A DNA stretch of 63,823 nt, filler included, from Phoronis australis (Eukaryota; Animalia; Phoronida): NCBI GenBank assembly GCA_002633005.1. It is 8 parts of 8 records of this genome, joined end to end, with 100 filler letters (N's around TTAATTAATTAA, not from the genome) between each part and the next. Parts side by side here need not be neighbours in the genome. Positions count along the whole stretch, not along the records: positions 31,139 to 45,338 come from NMRA01000064.1; positions 45,439 to 51,546 come from NMRA01002223.1; 6 more parts are not named here. The stretch is one strand, 5' to 3'. The notes beneath the pieces were generated by a model. The model had not been told where the DNA came from, made no database searches, and saw nothing but the letters and a program-made list of their open reading frames with translations. Positions 37,131 through 50,412 of this stretch are shown here, piece by piece. Positions within the stretch are counted from its first letter, which is position 1. Every line of letters begins with the position of its first letter. The position numbers and the translations under genes are program-made.

Positions 37131-38980
37131 CTAGATGGTACCAGTGTTGTGAGAAATTAAAAAGATTGTTCAATTGAAATCCTTAATTATTGCGCCAGCA
37201 AAGTAGGTTCTGTGGTACAAGGTGGGTGTGGTTCCTTACAAACATTGCTTAACTCACTTTGTCCTCAAGGTGTTAGTTGTGGCATATTTAGTATGTAAAT
37301 TTGAAAGTTATTTTCCACAATGGACATTTGCTAACAACTCCATTGTTCTGTACTTGTGCCAAAATGAACCAGTGTCTTGGTATTGCCTTCATAAGCCATA
37401 CATGTACAGTGTCACAACGGTATTAAATCGCACGTGGACGCCGAAGCCTTAGCTAGGCTGATGAATCAGCTATGTGACAAGAAGGTCGTCTTCACTCACT
37501 CTTGTACAAATACATGGATGTAAGAGTTTATTGTTTAACTTATTGTTGATACTTGCTTGTGAAAGCAAATAGTGCAGTAAATAAACATCACAAAAATCCG
37601 AACTAATTGAAAAAGGACGCGAAATTTCCTCTCTTAGTAAAGACGCATGGAAAATTCCCCTTCAGAAGGAACAGGCACATTTCCCCGTCGCCAAGGGCCC
37701 TATTTAATGAACATTTACCAGATTATTGGAGTTTCAATTAGTTCCTCTAAATTTATCATTTTTGGTTAACCGCAACGCTCACATATTTCAATAATGTGCA
37801 AATATGTTATGCAAACCACTTGAAAAATCGTTTGTAAGTTACTGCAGAACTGGCATTTATTCATACAACTGGCGTTGACCATGAAAAGATGTATTTCCAG
37901 TGATATTTTGCCAAAAATGCTACATCTTCATAACAATACAAAATGATTTTAAAAGTGTAAACCATTGTTATGATTAAATCGATTCTCCATCTAAAGATGC
38001 ACTTTTAACGACATAAAATATAAAGAACAGAAAACCCAAATTGTCGTACAGTGTAATTCTAGGCTACTCTTGACTGGTGAAATTCTCAGCAATGTGGTTA
38101 TTTTTCCAGACCCCAGGAAACATCCAAAAATACTCTGACTCGTGTTATCCTTACAGACACGTTTTAATGATCATGTTCATGGTCAGATCTAAGATCAACA
38201 ACGTTTGTAACTAGGGCTAAGCAGTTTCAATGGCCAGTTTTGTCTACCAGCCAACTGAAGGAGTTCCTTAGTCTTTTATCAGTGGTAGAAGCATAACCTG
38301 CACCTATCTCGGTTAGAAATGGGTTTCTGGCGAACATGCTGCTGTTTCCATCGCCCTCTCATGCTCAACATATGCGACAATTCAATTAATTCATCTCAAC
38401 TTTTTTGCGGAAAACATGCAGCTTAAAACGTGCAAACATAGTAATGAATTAGAAATACTTCATTTAGTCGATAGAATAAAATGTAAATTGTCAGGTGAAA
38501 GGAGATACTCACGCAATGTCCTGCTACCGTTCAGAGCCCATGACTTGTTTACTAAAAATAATCAATGTTTTCGATATAAGTTGTGGGTCCGTGCCACGAG
38601 TTACAACGTTCCTTCCAATTGACTGTGGAGAATTGGACCAAGCTTCTTGTTTCCGCTTTTGGAATTGTCGTCACATTGCGCGAACATGTAAAGCAGTGAC
38701 CAAAGTAATAATATGAAGTAGGAAGTTGCCGGAGACTGAATGCTTGTATACTGTCCGTTCACCTGTACGTCGAACCCTGATGCTCTTGTCGCATCGCATA
38801 CATGTACACAATGGACTGAGTAGGAAGAGCCGTTACGGTTATGTTAGCGATTTCTCCAGTCACGTGTTTGCTTAGTTCCGTCCTCGTTTTTCGTGTCTCA
38901 GCTCCCGTTACCGTAGCCCAAGTATCCAGAAAATTACTAGATTTGCATTTTCCAGGACATCAAAGTATTCAGACGCTCAT

Positions 38981-39815
38981 CAGTGGCGGATCTACGTTTC
39001 ATCAGTAAGGGGGGTTCAGGATTCGAGCGAGGTGCGAATCCGAGGCGAGTAGTGCCGAACGGGAGGAGGGCGGGAGATGAGCTTGCACCCTCTCGTGTAA
39101 GAGAATTTTTTCTTTGGTTTTGTAGCTAAGTAGTGCAATTTCCATGAACCCTGGCGAGTTTGTGGCAGTTGAGGTGTCTCTGGAGTTTGTCTTAAGATGA
39201 TTTAAGACCCTTCTCGATGTCGTCTCATCATAAATAGTCTGTTTTTGTGTCTCATGAACTTGACTCGTAAAGTCCCGCGTACTAATATTTGTGTAATCTG
39301 GGTATATATGTCAAGCCACCAGGAAAGTTTTAGTTGGAACATGTGTCTACACACAACGATTTTTAGCAAAAAAATGTCATATAATTACGAAAAAGTGCAA
39401 TGTGTAGTGTATAAAGGGGATGCGATTATACAACCATCAAATGGTCAAGAGCATAATCAGCACTGACGGCCACGTAAAAACTAACACTTGAATATCAGAA
39501 GATCAAGAGATAGCAGCCTCTAATTACGAAGACCGACACTGTTATGCCCTGAACTAAACATATGTCCTGCCTCGTTACGAGAAAAATGACGAACGATGGG
39601 GATCTCAGCGCATAGTCAATTATTAAAAGCGCCAAACACTTTGAAAAAATATTACTTTATTAAGACGATTCAGGTTGATTTGTGCTACCGTATTGCGCGA
39701 CAACTGAAAAACGTCAAACGTATCCAAAAATAAATCACCTGAAAAACGTTTTCACGGAACCAAAACATACTGTACACAGTTGTGAAAAATATACAAAACC
39801 AGTCCGCCGAGGGAC
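38981..39815 (+). mobile_element. interspersed CAGTGGCGGA-terminal DNA element (second copy 43873-44650)
   Basis: Both start CAGTGGCGGAT(C/G)TACGTTT and stay alignable for ~800 bp. A matching right-end TIR CGTAGATCCGCCACTG ends at 41261. Confidence 0.75.
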
Positions 39816-40380
39816 TAGGTGTACACTAAGAGTAGACATCTACAAATAAGCTCGTCTGGTCCGTCCCGTGACAAAAAGTAAACTATGCTAAATATATCGA
39901 TCTGTCGCGGAGTACCAAAAGCACTGAGTGAGGCAAATAATTTTACAAAGCACGCTGTGGTAAACTGATTTATGAAATATGTTATATAGTTCTGCAAAAC
40001 AGAAAATTTGTCGCGGGGGCCAAAATATAAAAGTAGACAGGGAGAGCTCACGACTCCAGTGACCACGCCTAACACTTTGGCAATATCTATGATAATGACC
40101 TGTTCCCGTAAACACTACAATGGGGACAAATGTGTTTGTTATTTTCAAGCTATAAATGCCAAGTTCGTCAAGACTGTATTATATGTTAACAAAGGACATG
40201 CTCCACAAAACTGAATTTGTGACTACAATTTGACACTGAATGGACTTTTAAGATGGACTTATCATACGTCCCATTGTCTGAACACTTGAAACCCGAAGTT
40301 GTATCACCAAATAAATGTTCATGGCATGGGCGTTTCATTAGGCGCGCTATTTTGTGGAAATTCCAGGCAATGATGCTTAC

Positions 40381-41612
40381 GGCAGGTAGGAAGGCGGACA
40401 GTGGTGAGGTGAGAACCAGGGATCCTCTTGCGAGGCTGAAGTGGATATTTACATGTAGGAGGCCTTATGAACACTGTGTGGGTCCCGCAAGACTTGCCGA
40501 GAATGTACAACCTACACGAAATATCTGTTGCTGTACTGCATTGTTCGCGAATGCAGTTACCCTGTCAATGTTAGTGCTCCCCGAGTTCATTCCTTGCATT
40601 GGCCTAACTTGCTAGGGTGAATCTTGAAACCGCGGACTCGCGACCACACCACAGCGTCCGCCACAACGGCCCTTACAAGGAACAAACTATTCTTCGGAAA
40701 ACAAGTTGTTTGTTTTTTAAAACAAACACATTACATGTTCACTGTACGATTATGGCGCAAAACAACTTTATTATCCACCAGTCAAATTCAAGTTACATAT
40801 ACAAACGTGTGGAATGTAACAGCATCACTGACAAGGCATGACAGCTGAATAACAGGGTCGCGGTCGCACAGCATTCTCCCTAATCATGCATCAAAATATG
40901 TCTTTGAGTAAAGACTCTAGTTACTTAAAAAAATAGATCTTTGGTTTTTCCGCGGTGGATCCATCTAAAGTGCTTGGCCACTTCAAACGTGTGGACGGAA
41001 GCGCTCGCACAGTTGAACTTAGTGCTACTTTATCGATGAGACACAAAAACTAGGCATGCTTTGCTTTTCGTGATTACAGCAAATCACAATATTTTTAAGG
41101 TGAAGCCCAACCTCATTTTTTCCAGGTGATTTACTAGGGGTTTACACACACCGGCGGTATCATTTTCGTTTTCCTGGAGACGTTGTTTTGTTAATTGTTT
41201 CTGACCCTGTCTCATGGGGGTGGGGCTTAAACGACCTGAACCCCCCGTAGATCCGCCACTGTACTTTAAGCTTACCACGTGACACGTGAAAGTACTCTGA
41301 AATCCCTGTTTCTAACTAAAGCTCTTTTGCGCAGCTCCTTAAAATCTGCATTCAGTTTATTACGGGCTGTGTCACCAGGTACGCCATGCATTGTCTCCGA
41401 ACAACGGTTTCTAATTGATTTAGTAGGATAAGATGAGGCCGTTTCACTATCTGGAATATACACCCGGCATTCAATATACACCGGGTTTGTACTGACCTAG
41501 TCATCAATCTCAAACGAACAGCAATTTTTGATATAGAATCACCAAAAATCAATAAAAAACTGAAATGAAAAGCGTTCACTTACCCCTGATGTTAGACGGT
41601 GCATTACACGTG
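40381..41612 (-). CDS. candidate exons of an unknown gene (41612-41584, 41450-41276, 40511-40381)
   Basis: AG/GT(AAG)-bounded open segments with compatible phases: ...DSETASSYPTKSIRNRC...FRVLSRVT-W-LYILGKSCGTHTVFIRPPTC...RLPTC. No homology recognised. Confidence 0.45.
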
Positions 41613-43217
41613 CTAAAGTGCATAATACGTTATGTGACGACTGCGTCATTTAGTATTGACTAATTAATACTACATGAATTGAAACCGTTTGCTAAGAACT
41701 TACAAAGCTTCCCCTTAGAGACTGTGGATCAGTCAGTTAGAATACCTAACACCTGCTGACACATCCGGGCTTTCAGTTTCCGCCGTTTCTGTGTCTTGAT
41801 TTTGACTCAGAGCACCACATAAAACCGACACCAAGTGCATAGGATACGACACGGTGTAACAAGGCGTCTTTCGATCAAATTTGTTTGATATTCCAGACAA
41901 CTTGTGATTAAATCCTTTGCTATTTCGAGTTATCAGCAACAGTGTTGGACAAACATTGTGCCATTGACTGACTCATGTAATAATGCTTTTTTAATAAAAT
42001 TTTAAAAAAGAAAAGCATAATTTTAGCAAAACAACGGTATCAATAACATTTAATTTTGTTTGATGTAATTTGAGATGGAATTTCAAAAATCCTGCATTTT
42101 AGCAGTCATTTCGTTTCCCTCTAATGCAAATTTCCATTTTTACATTGCCCTTTCTTCACGCAAAATCGGCTCAATTTAAAACAAGCCCTAAAAGCGTTTT
42201 GGAGGACAGTGCATAAACCATACTAACTGAAACATTCATAATGATTCTATCAGTCATTTCTAAGATATGACGTTCCTAATTTAACCAAATTTAGACATTT
42301 TTTCTGGGGTTCAGTGACGCTGGCTCGCAGTAGTCACTATCATCCCTGCCGGTTCACAATTTTAAGTTTCCAACTGTTGAACAGAAACAAAGTTTTGGAC
42401 TGCGTGAGGAGTTGCTTCGAGACAAAATCTATGTTTATGAGCATTTTTTTACCTTACTGTTGATACTTAAGAAATATTTTCGTTCCAAATTAGTAGACAG
42501 CTTTTCGAAGGTGTAGTCTTTATAAACGTTTTTCATCTTTTTGAAAGAAATATGGAAATATGACAAATGTTACTACTGTACATGCAATTGGAGGAACACA
42601 GGACTACGCCATGAATATTGTTGATTTATTTTCTAATTATAAATCGCATGAAAAAATGATTAACTTTTCATGATAGAATAAAAACAACTTGGTAAGGATA
42701 CAAGCATTTCTACAAAAATGACGTGACTTTATGTACAAAAAATGTTAACTACACAAACACCACAGGCCTTGTCGTGAATCCTAGTGTGATGATGAATATA
42801 CACATCCGCAATCATAGCAACCGCCAATTGGATTTTTAAAGTTACGCTACTGGTACTGGCATTGATAGTACACCAAAAGGGTTACCTTTTTAATTTATTT
42901 GGTTCTTTGGGAAATTCGTTGCCATGAAAACCATTTTTGCTTCATCAAGATTGTTTTACAGGCTACCGCTTATCTCTATGAAAGCAAAGTGTTTGCTTTA
43001 GATAATTTACTTCCACATTTCGCCAGTATTCGCCCTGCCCTGCTTATGATAATTTTGAAATTCCAAGATACCTGGTCATTTTGTCAACGGTAGACTTGAA
43101 CAATGGTAAACTTGGACAACTCCACTGCGATTTAGGGAGGGTCGTGGTTGCCAGCTTCTAATATTTCTGCCATCGGGCCTAAACTTGGTGATCCTGACAA
43201 CTAAAATACCCAGCCTA

Positions 43218-43231
43218 GTTACCATGGTAAC
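43218..43231. promoter_or_regulatory. RFX X-box
   Basis: Perfect palindrome GTTACCATGGTAAC matching the GTTRCCATGGYAAC consensus. Confidence 0.55.
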
Positions 43232-43462
43232 GAATAAGATGATGCTTCGCTGAACAGATTGATTGCAATCATTACGGTCAGCGAGTTGCGTACTTTAAGG
43301 GAGCTAAACCTCTGGAAGTGCGTTCACAAAGACAGGGTCATATGAATTGTGCGCCACTGGAAAGCCGAGCATGGGCGCTTATGAAGGTACTAAACCAGGT
43401 TTTGGACTATTGACTGATATATATGAAAATCTTAAACCGCCGTGAAAATGTAGATCACAAGC

Positions 43463-43610
43463 ATTTCAAGCCTGGTCTGCACGCCACCTATTGGACAGAA
43501 ATGTTTTCGGATTCATGTTCATTAAGTCACCTAATGTGGCCAATAGATGGCGCGTAGACCAGACTTGAAATTTAGTTTGTTAACTATTTTAATAGTTAAC
43601 AAACTAAATT
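43463..43610. repeat. inverted repeat with CTCF-like motifs plus an adjacent 20-bp-arm perfect hairpin
   Basis: ATTTCAAGCCTGGTCTGCACGCCACCTATTGG / CCAATAGATGGCGCGTAGACCAGACTTGAAAT, then AATTTAGTTTGTTAACTATT-TT-AATAGTTAACAAACTAAATT. Confidence 0.75.
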
Positions 43611-45438
43611 AAAATTGCTATTAAAAACGACTTTACCATCCAATTAAATTCCCCGAAACAAAATAACGCTCTATAACCATCGACAAACCTCAAAAGTTTG
43701 GAGGAAAGTTTAAAAACTCCTTTAGAAGACTGTTAATTAGGCAAACGCGTGGCCTTTTAGCGAATTATACGGCGACTGTGGGAAAGGGGAACCACTAAAA
43801 ACCATAATATCCAATCTGTTACTAACTTTTTGTTGATTCCTGCTGTTACCTTTCAAGATTTACGTCAATAATCAGTGGCGGATGTACGTTTTCAGCAAGG
43901 GAGGGTTTAGGATTCCCGCAAAGGTCGAATCCTAGGCGCGTGGCGCCGAGAGGGGGGAGGTCGGGAGGGGGGTTTCCCCTCCCGTGTAAGATATTTTTTT
44001 GTTTTTGTAGCCAAATAGTGAAATTTCCATGCATCCTGGTAAGTTTCTGGCACTTAACATGTCTCTGGAGTTTTTCTTAAGATAATTAAAAACCCTTCTC
44101 GATTTCGTCACATGAACTTGGCACATACATGTAAGTTTCGTGAAACCATATTGTGCACATCTGGGTATGAGTTACGCCACCAGCAAAAATTTTTGTTGGA
44201 ACATCTGCTTACACACACCTTTTTCAGCATACGAAAAGTCGTATACGAAAAAGTGTGGTGTGTATACAGGAGTTTAGACAATTTCCAAATATTCAAGAGC
44301 ATAATTAAGGAGCACCGACGGGGCGTAAAAACTTGAATATCAGATGATCGCGTAACATCAGCCTCAAGTTGTTTAAGAACGAAGACCTGTACTGTTAGTC
44401 CGGAAATAAACATGTGTTCTGTCTCGTTACGAGAAAAACTGGCGAACGATGGTGCTCTCAACTCATAGTTTATTATCAAAAGCGACAATAAATAATTAGG
44501 TATCACTTTATTAAGCTGAATCACGTTGACAACAATTGAAAAACGTCAAATCTATCAGGAAAAAAATCTTCTGAAAACAGTTTCACGAAACCAAAACATC
44601 CTGTGCACAGTGGTGAAAAGATACACTGGACTACTTTGCAGAGGGACCAGGGCCCGGTCTCTAATCTTTGTACTCGGAACGAACTCAAAACTATTTTTGG
44701 CAATTTCTCTGCTCCTTTTGTGTGAACTTAAGATAATTGGTTATCAGACTGTGCTTGAATACATTATAGTTTATGCATAGGATTTTCTAGTTCAAGATTG
44801 CCCTTGAAGACCCTTATATTCATGCTACAAACTCGAGTAAAAACTCGAAATTTCGAGTTCAAACTCAAACTTATCGCTTTAATATTGGGTTTACAAACTG
44901 TGAACTAAGGGCAATAAATTATCTACGTAAGTTATTGTGTACTCGAGCATAGAATAATAGACACTTATCTTGAGTTCGCCCAAAAGTAGAGTAGAAAATG
45001 CCAAACCTAATTTCGAGTTCTATTTCGAGTAAAAAGATTGGAGACCGGGCCCAGATGTACACTGAGAGTACACAAAAAGCTGACCTGGTCCGTCAGGAGA
45101 CCAAGAGTACATCTGTGGTTATTATCCCTATACAAATAGTTGATTTGTCGTGGGACCAAACAGTACTGGCTGAGATAAATAGTTTTACAAAGAACACTTT
45201 GGTAAAAAAAAATCACAAGACTAGTTCGCCGAGGGACCAGAAGTACACTGAAACTCAACATCTACACAAATCAAGCTGGCCTGGTCCGTCGCGAGACCTA
45301 AAGTGTACTATGCAAAAAATTTTGAATTGAAAACTTCTNNNNNNNNNNNNNNNNNNNNNNNNNNNNNNNNNNNNNNNNNNNNTTAATTAATTAANNNNNN
45401 NNNNNNNNNNNNNNNNNNNNNNNNNNNNNNNNNNNNNN

Positions 45439-45571
45439 TCCGGCAGCTTGGCTGAGGCCCGCCTAAGTGCTACGCCGGAGCCTGCCTGCGCTGCCTCCAG
45501 CTAGTGCTTGGCTGAGGCCCGCCTAAGTGCTACGCCGGAGCCTCCCTGCGCTGCCTCCGGCAGCTTGGCTG
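45439..45571. repeat. GC-rich ~60-bp tandem repeat at contig start
   Basis: GCTTGGCTGAGGCCCGCCTAAGTGCTACGCCGGAGCCT..., about 2 copies. Confidence 0.8.
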
Positions 45572-45839
45572 TTTCTATTAAAAGAGACGATTTTCTATCG
45601 TACAAGGTCATCAACGATGATTACATGGTGCAGGTGGTCTAAAACATTTTTTGGTCCACCACACATGAAGGACACAAAGCCGCCCTAATAGCCTTTCCCA
45701 CAAAAAAGAACTCCGGTAAAAGGGTCAAAGGTCGTTTCCTATGCGAAGTATGACGACTATCAATTTTTGCGTTGGGAATATATTGACATCCTTCTCGGGT
45801 CGTGCGTGTTTTTTCGCCTTGTAATAGTGCCGGAGAATT

Positions 45840-45894
45840 ATGTTGAAGTTTGCCTTGTTCATATCTGTAGCTCTTTTCTTAATGACAGCAACAG
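45840..45894 (+). CDS. signal-peptide first exon of a secreted protein
   Basis: MLKFALFISVALFLMTAT + G|GTAAGT (phase 1). Confidence 0.6.
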
Positions 45895-48800
45895 GTAAGT
45901 CGACCACGAAATTTGCTTTTTACCCATTAAAACAATTTCAACGGCTGTTCAACGGTGAAACTTCAGAACTCAGGCTGTTATATGCAACAGCGTCACCGGA
46001 ATCGTGCAGGCCGAGCAACGCTAACTGATCTAACACGATTCCTTTAGATAACTTTTCAATCCCAATAGGATAATTTCAGTGGTCTGTGATCAGTTTCGTG
46101 CTTATTCAAGTGTCTATTACCAAAAACAAATTGTACAGGTAGGTAGTGAAATCTAGGTAGTAGCTTGTAAAGGCTTGGTGATGTCCAGGCGATTTTTTAT
46201 ATTTTTATAGGATGCCCCTCACTCTACTCAAGTGCATGGACCCTAGTACTAAGGAAATTAAATGTGAGAAATATAAACTTTTTATTCAATCTAACAACAA
46301 ATCAGTCACAACTTCAAAAAGTTTATCAAAAGTTTATCCCTAGTGACTAGATGCATCCCCTAGTATGTGGATGCCCGGGTCCGTTGCCCCGCGTGCTCCC
46401 CCCCCCCGTGCGCGCTGGGAGGTACTCTAATTTAGCCATAAGACTGGTTATACCGCTGATGGTGTCTCAATGCTTAAGAAGCTGAACTTCATTTTGTGTT
46501 TCACTGTACTCTGTATCGCGACTTACAGAGAAAACTATAGAATGGGACCAGCGGCAGTGAATCTATTTGAGAACTTAGACATTCTCGTGCTCCGGTATGA
46601 GTCACTTATAGGGGTCCCGCGACATACGGAGAAAACTATATAATGGGACACTGCAGCGGCAATGAGAAATATGACATTCTCACACTCGATTAATAGGGGT
46701 CCCGCATTTTGAGCAATTTTACTGATTGAAATATCAAACTCATGATTCGTGGTTGTATCGGCCTGGACGCATACTGTATTGTAAACGTTTGACCCGTTGT
46801 GTGTTTGACTTTCGCAATACAGCATTACCTCCAGTGTGGGTATGAAGCCTGGTTGAATGATTTCATAATACAGTATTGTCAAGACCCCAAGTTGGCTTTG
46901 TAATAAGGACAATGGCCGGATATTAACCGCAAAAAATATGACGTCGCACATGTTGGTGACCAGTGGTGTGTTCGCAAGAACTCAAGATGAAGCAATACCT
47001 CGTGAGATGTTACAAGCGAAGCACGTGATCACGCTACCCCTTTCTCCCTGCGTTCTTTAGTTGCTCACTTTGTCAGATTATAAATCCACCTGAGACGACG
47101 ACATAGTGTTCAACTGTGGGTGCTAATTAGAATCGTGAAAATGGCCATTACATGCCAATAAATACGTCGAATGCGTCCGAATTAAAATAGGAAGGTGTCG
47201 TCGACTCCCAAGTATTTGCTACATTTCATGGAAATCAGTCGCGCATAGTATAGAGGCAAGCGTGAAAAAAAATTATTTAGGAAGCGAACCTTGAGTCTAG
47301 CCTGTCCATCTAGCATTAAGACCATGACAATGTACTTGCCAAACTCCCAAAAGATGTGGCAAGGGGTGAGATATAGCCGCGGCTGTAAAATGTAAATAGG
47401 GGCACCAGAGTAGCTGGGCCGATCTTAAAAATCTATGTCTGTCGTGCTCTTGTCAGGAGACGTCTGGCAATTTTCATGATGATCCTCTCAGCGGTTTGTC
47501 AAATACTGAGGCAGACCACTAAAACCAACAAAAAGGGGCCCCCTAAGTAACGTAAAATGTGTCAAATACATCCCAAAATGGAAAGGTGCTACCGCCATCA
47601 TTTCAAAATCTTGTTAGCCAATTTTTTAAAAAACCATAAAAGAACTTTGAAGACAAAAACAACGTAAAAACTAAATTTGTCGCCAGTGGTACATTGGTTG
47701 TCAGATCAGAATCGTTCAAAAGTCGGAGGTATCCGAAGTCACATTTATTGGAAAACACTTTCCAAATTTCACAAAGATCCTTTAAAGAGTAAGGAGATGC
47801 AACCGAGGACGCAAAAAAGACAAAATCACCAGCAGGGGCTCCACAACTGTCAACCTGTCCGAAAATCCACGTCAGCCCGGCGGTCTTCTCTTTGGAACAC
47901 ACTTGTCAAAGTTTTAAGTGGTTTGATGTCAAATACGGATTCGAAAAAATGGCCATTAAGAGCATCGTCATTTCCTGTTTGCCAGATTTCACGAAAATCT
48001 ATAAATAACTGCCAAGAAACAGAGACAAACGCAAAAAATATAGTTTTCTGTTCGAACATGGGAAGGCGTTGTGGACTCTCTAAGAGAAACCCATTTCCCA
48101 GATTTCATGAAAATGTATTAATGAACTCCGAAGATACACAGGGAAACGTAAAAAACTAATATTGCCTCTAGTGCCACATCAGTCATCCGATTGGTTTGAT
48201 ACTCGTAGTCATCTGTTGTCTCCTCCGCAGACCCTATACTGGATGGTGCCTGCTACAGCGCACTTTCCCAGGCCTTCACTGGTTCCCTGCCAGTCCTCGC
48301 TAAAATCTAGCCAAAATTTAGACAATGACCATCGTCTGTGCTGGTGCAGCTAGCACAGAAGACGGTCATTGTCTAGTCAAACTCATGTGCTTTCATTTAA
48401 AATACACGTAATCTCACGAAGCCCTCACTGGTTCCCTGTGTGTGTCCGCTAGGGGAAATGCGACATTACCACGCTAATTAATATTCGACCTCAATGATAT
48501 CATGTTCGATCGAGCTGGCAACTCAAGTCACAGACTATGAATGCGTACATCACATGTGCCATTTTCATATCGGCAATTTTAGAGTTGGCGAATCCGAATA
48601 AGCTATATGAAGTGTTAATTCGAGACGGTGATGATTTCGAAGTTTCGGCTGAGTGACAAAGTAAGAGATATTCTGAAACCGATTTTATCAGAGTAAAAAG
48701 TGTAATTCCATTTTAGTTTTTCAAAGCCAACATTTCAACAGGGTGTAATGCACCTCTAACCGATATTGTGAAGACGTCTTGGTTTACACATACGCTATGA

Positions 48801-49227
48801 TTTAGGAACAGGGTTATGTTTCACAATAAGCTTTTTGTGAGCTGGCAATTCGGACTTCATTGTGTAAAATCGTCTTTACGGTGCCATGCGAAAAGCTACG
48901 TCGCCATCTTTTTGCAACGCGACTCAATAATAACATTGCAATGCAACACGAGTACGACACAAAATGGTATCCATGTATTGATGGCTGTAGAGTAAATATA
49001 GAAGTAGAAAATTGAGAACATATTGTATTTACATTTATACGAAATGTAAATCAATGCAGTATATGCTAGCTGGGTGGTTCTGAGATAGATTAAAGAACAT
49101 GTAGGCGTTGACCCTTGCAGCCCCGGCGTTACCAAAATGAGATAAAGTGGCTATAGGGGGGATCTGTGTTTAGAAACGTAACCGAGCTAACTGGGAATAG
49201 CAAAACAACACAGTAGTCACAGCGTAG

Positions 49228-50412
49228 AGCAGACGGCGAAAATGCCTACAAAAGTTGTAGAAACTAACATCGCAAACTTGTCTCTCAATTTAATCACGAC
49301 ATTTACCATAGTTAATAATGACAAGAAAGCCGCTTGAGGCGAATAAAGAATGCTACGCTAGAGAAAGTGGGAAAGCAGTTTTAATAGCCTTTTTCTCAAC
49401 ATTCATGTACAAACAAACGTATGTTATCCATCATTCAATACGCAACCAGTAACGCATAACAACAACGTTAGATTGAGAAGTATAGTAATATACGATGTAC
49501 AACGAGCGAAACGTACTGATTCAACCCAAACCAGGTTAGGAGATGTTCAACTGTGCATAACTGTGATAACACAAGTAAAGCAAGAAAAAACGAACCAATC
49601 AGAAAACAAATTACGTAACTCTGTCAACGCCTAAAAACATGGCGGGNAGCAGACGGCGAAAATGCCTATAAAAGTTATAGAAACTAACATCGCAAACTTG
49701 TCTCTCAATTTAATCACGACATTTACCATAGTTAATAATGACAAGGAAGCCGCTTGTGGCGAATAAAGAATGCTACGCTGGAGAAAGTGGGAAAGCAGTT
49801 TTAATAGCCTTTTTCTCAACATTCATGTACAAACAAACGTATGTTATCCATCATTCAATACGCAACCAGTAACGCATAACAACAACAATGTTAGATTGAG
49901 AAGTATAGTAATATACGATGTACAACGAGCGAAACGTACTGATTCAACCCAAACCAGGTTAGGAGATGTTTAACTGTGCATAACTGTGATAACACAAGTA
50001 AAGCAAGAAAAAACGAACCAATCACAAAACAAATTACGTAACTCGGTCAACGCCTAAAAACATGGCGGGTCCCACAGTTTACACAAAAACCACAACGACT
50101 GTCAATTTAATAAAATGTGTGAACTACTGCACAAAATAAATTCAATTATTAAAAATTGCATAAAACTCCGTTACAAATTGTGCAAAGAACACTCTCAACG
50201 ACTGTATCGGGAAATATGAAAATTAACTTTGTATTATCTNGGTCCCACAGTTTACACAAAAACCACAACGACTGTCAATTTAATAAAATATGTGAACCAC
50301 TGCACAAAATAAAATAAATTATTAAAAATTGCATTAAACTCCGTTACAAATTGTGCAAAGAACACTCTCAACGACTGTATCGGGAAATATGAAAATTAAC
50401 TTTGTATTATCT
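49228..50412. repeat. two near-identical direct duplications joined by single N (49647, 50240)
   Basis: 49228-49646 vs 49648-50069 and 50068-50239 vs 50241-50412. Confidence 0.85.

Noticed and set aside
38981-41261. A single 2.3-kb element bounded by perfect 16-bp TIRs that captured an exon
   Set aside because: Flanks (ACGCTCAT vs TACTTTAA) show no TSD; more likely the ends of two independent insertions.
47677-48159. 160-aa ORF
   Set aside because: TTG start, no recognisable motif, and lies in repeat-like sequence.
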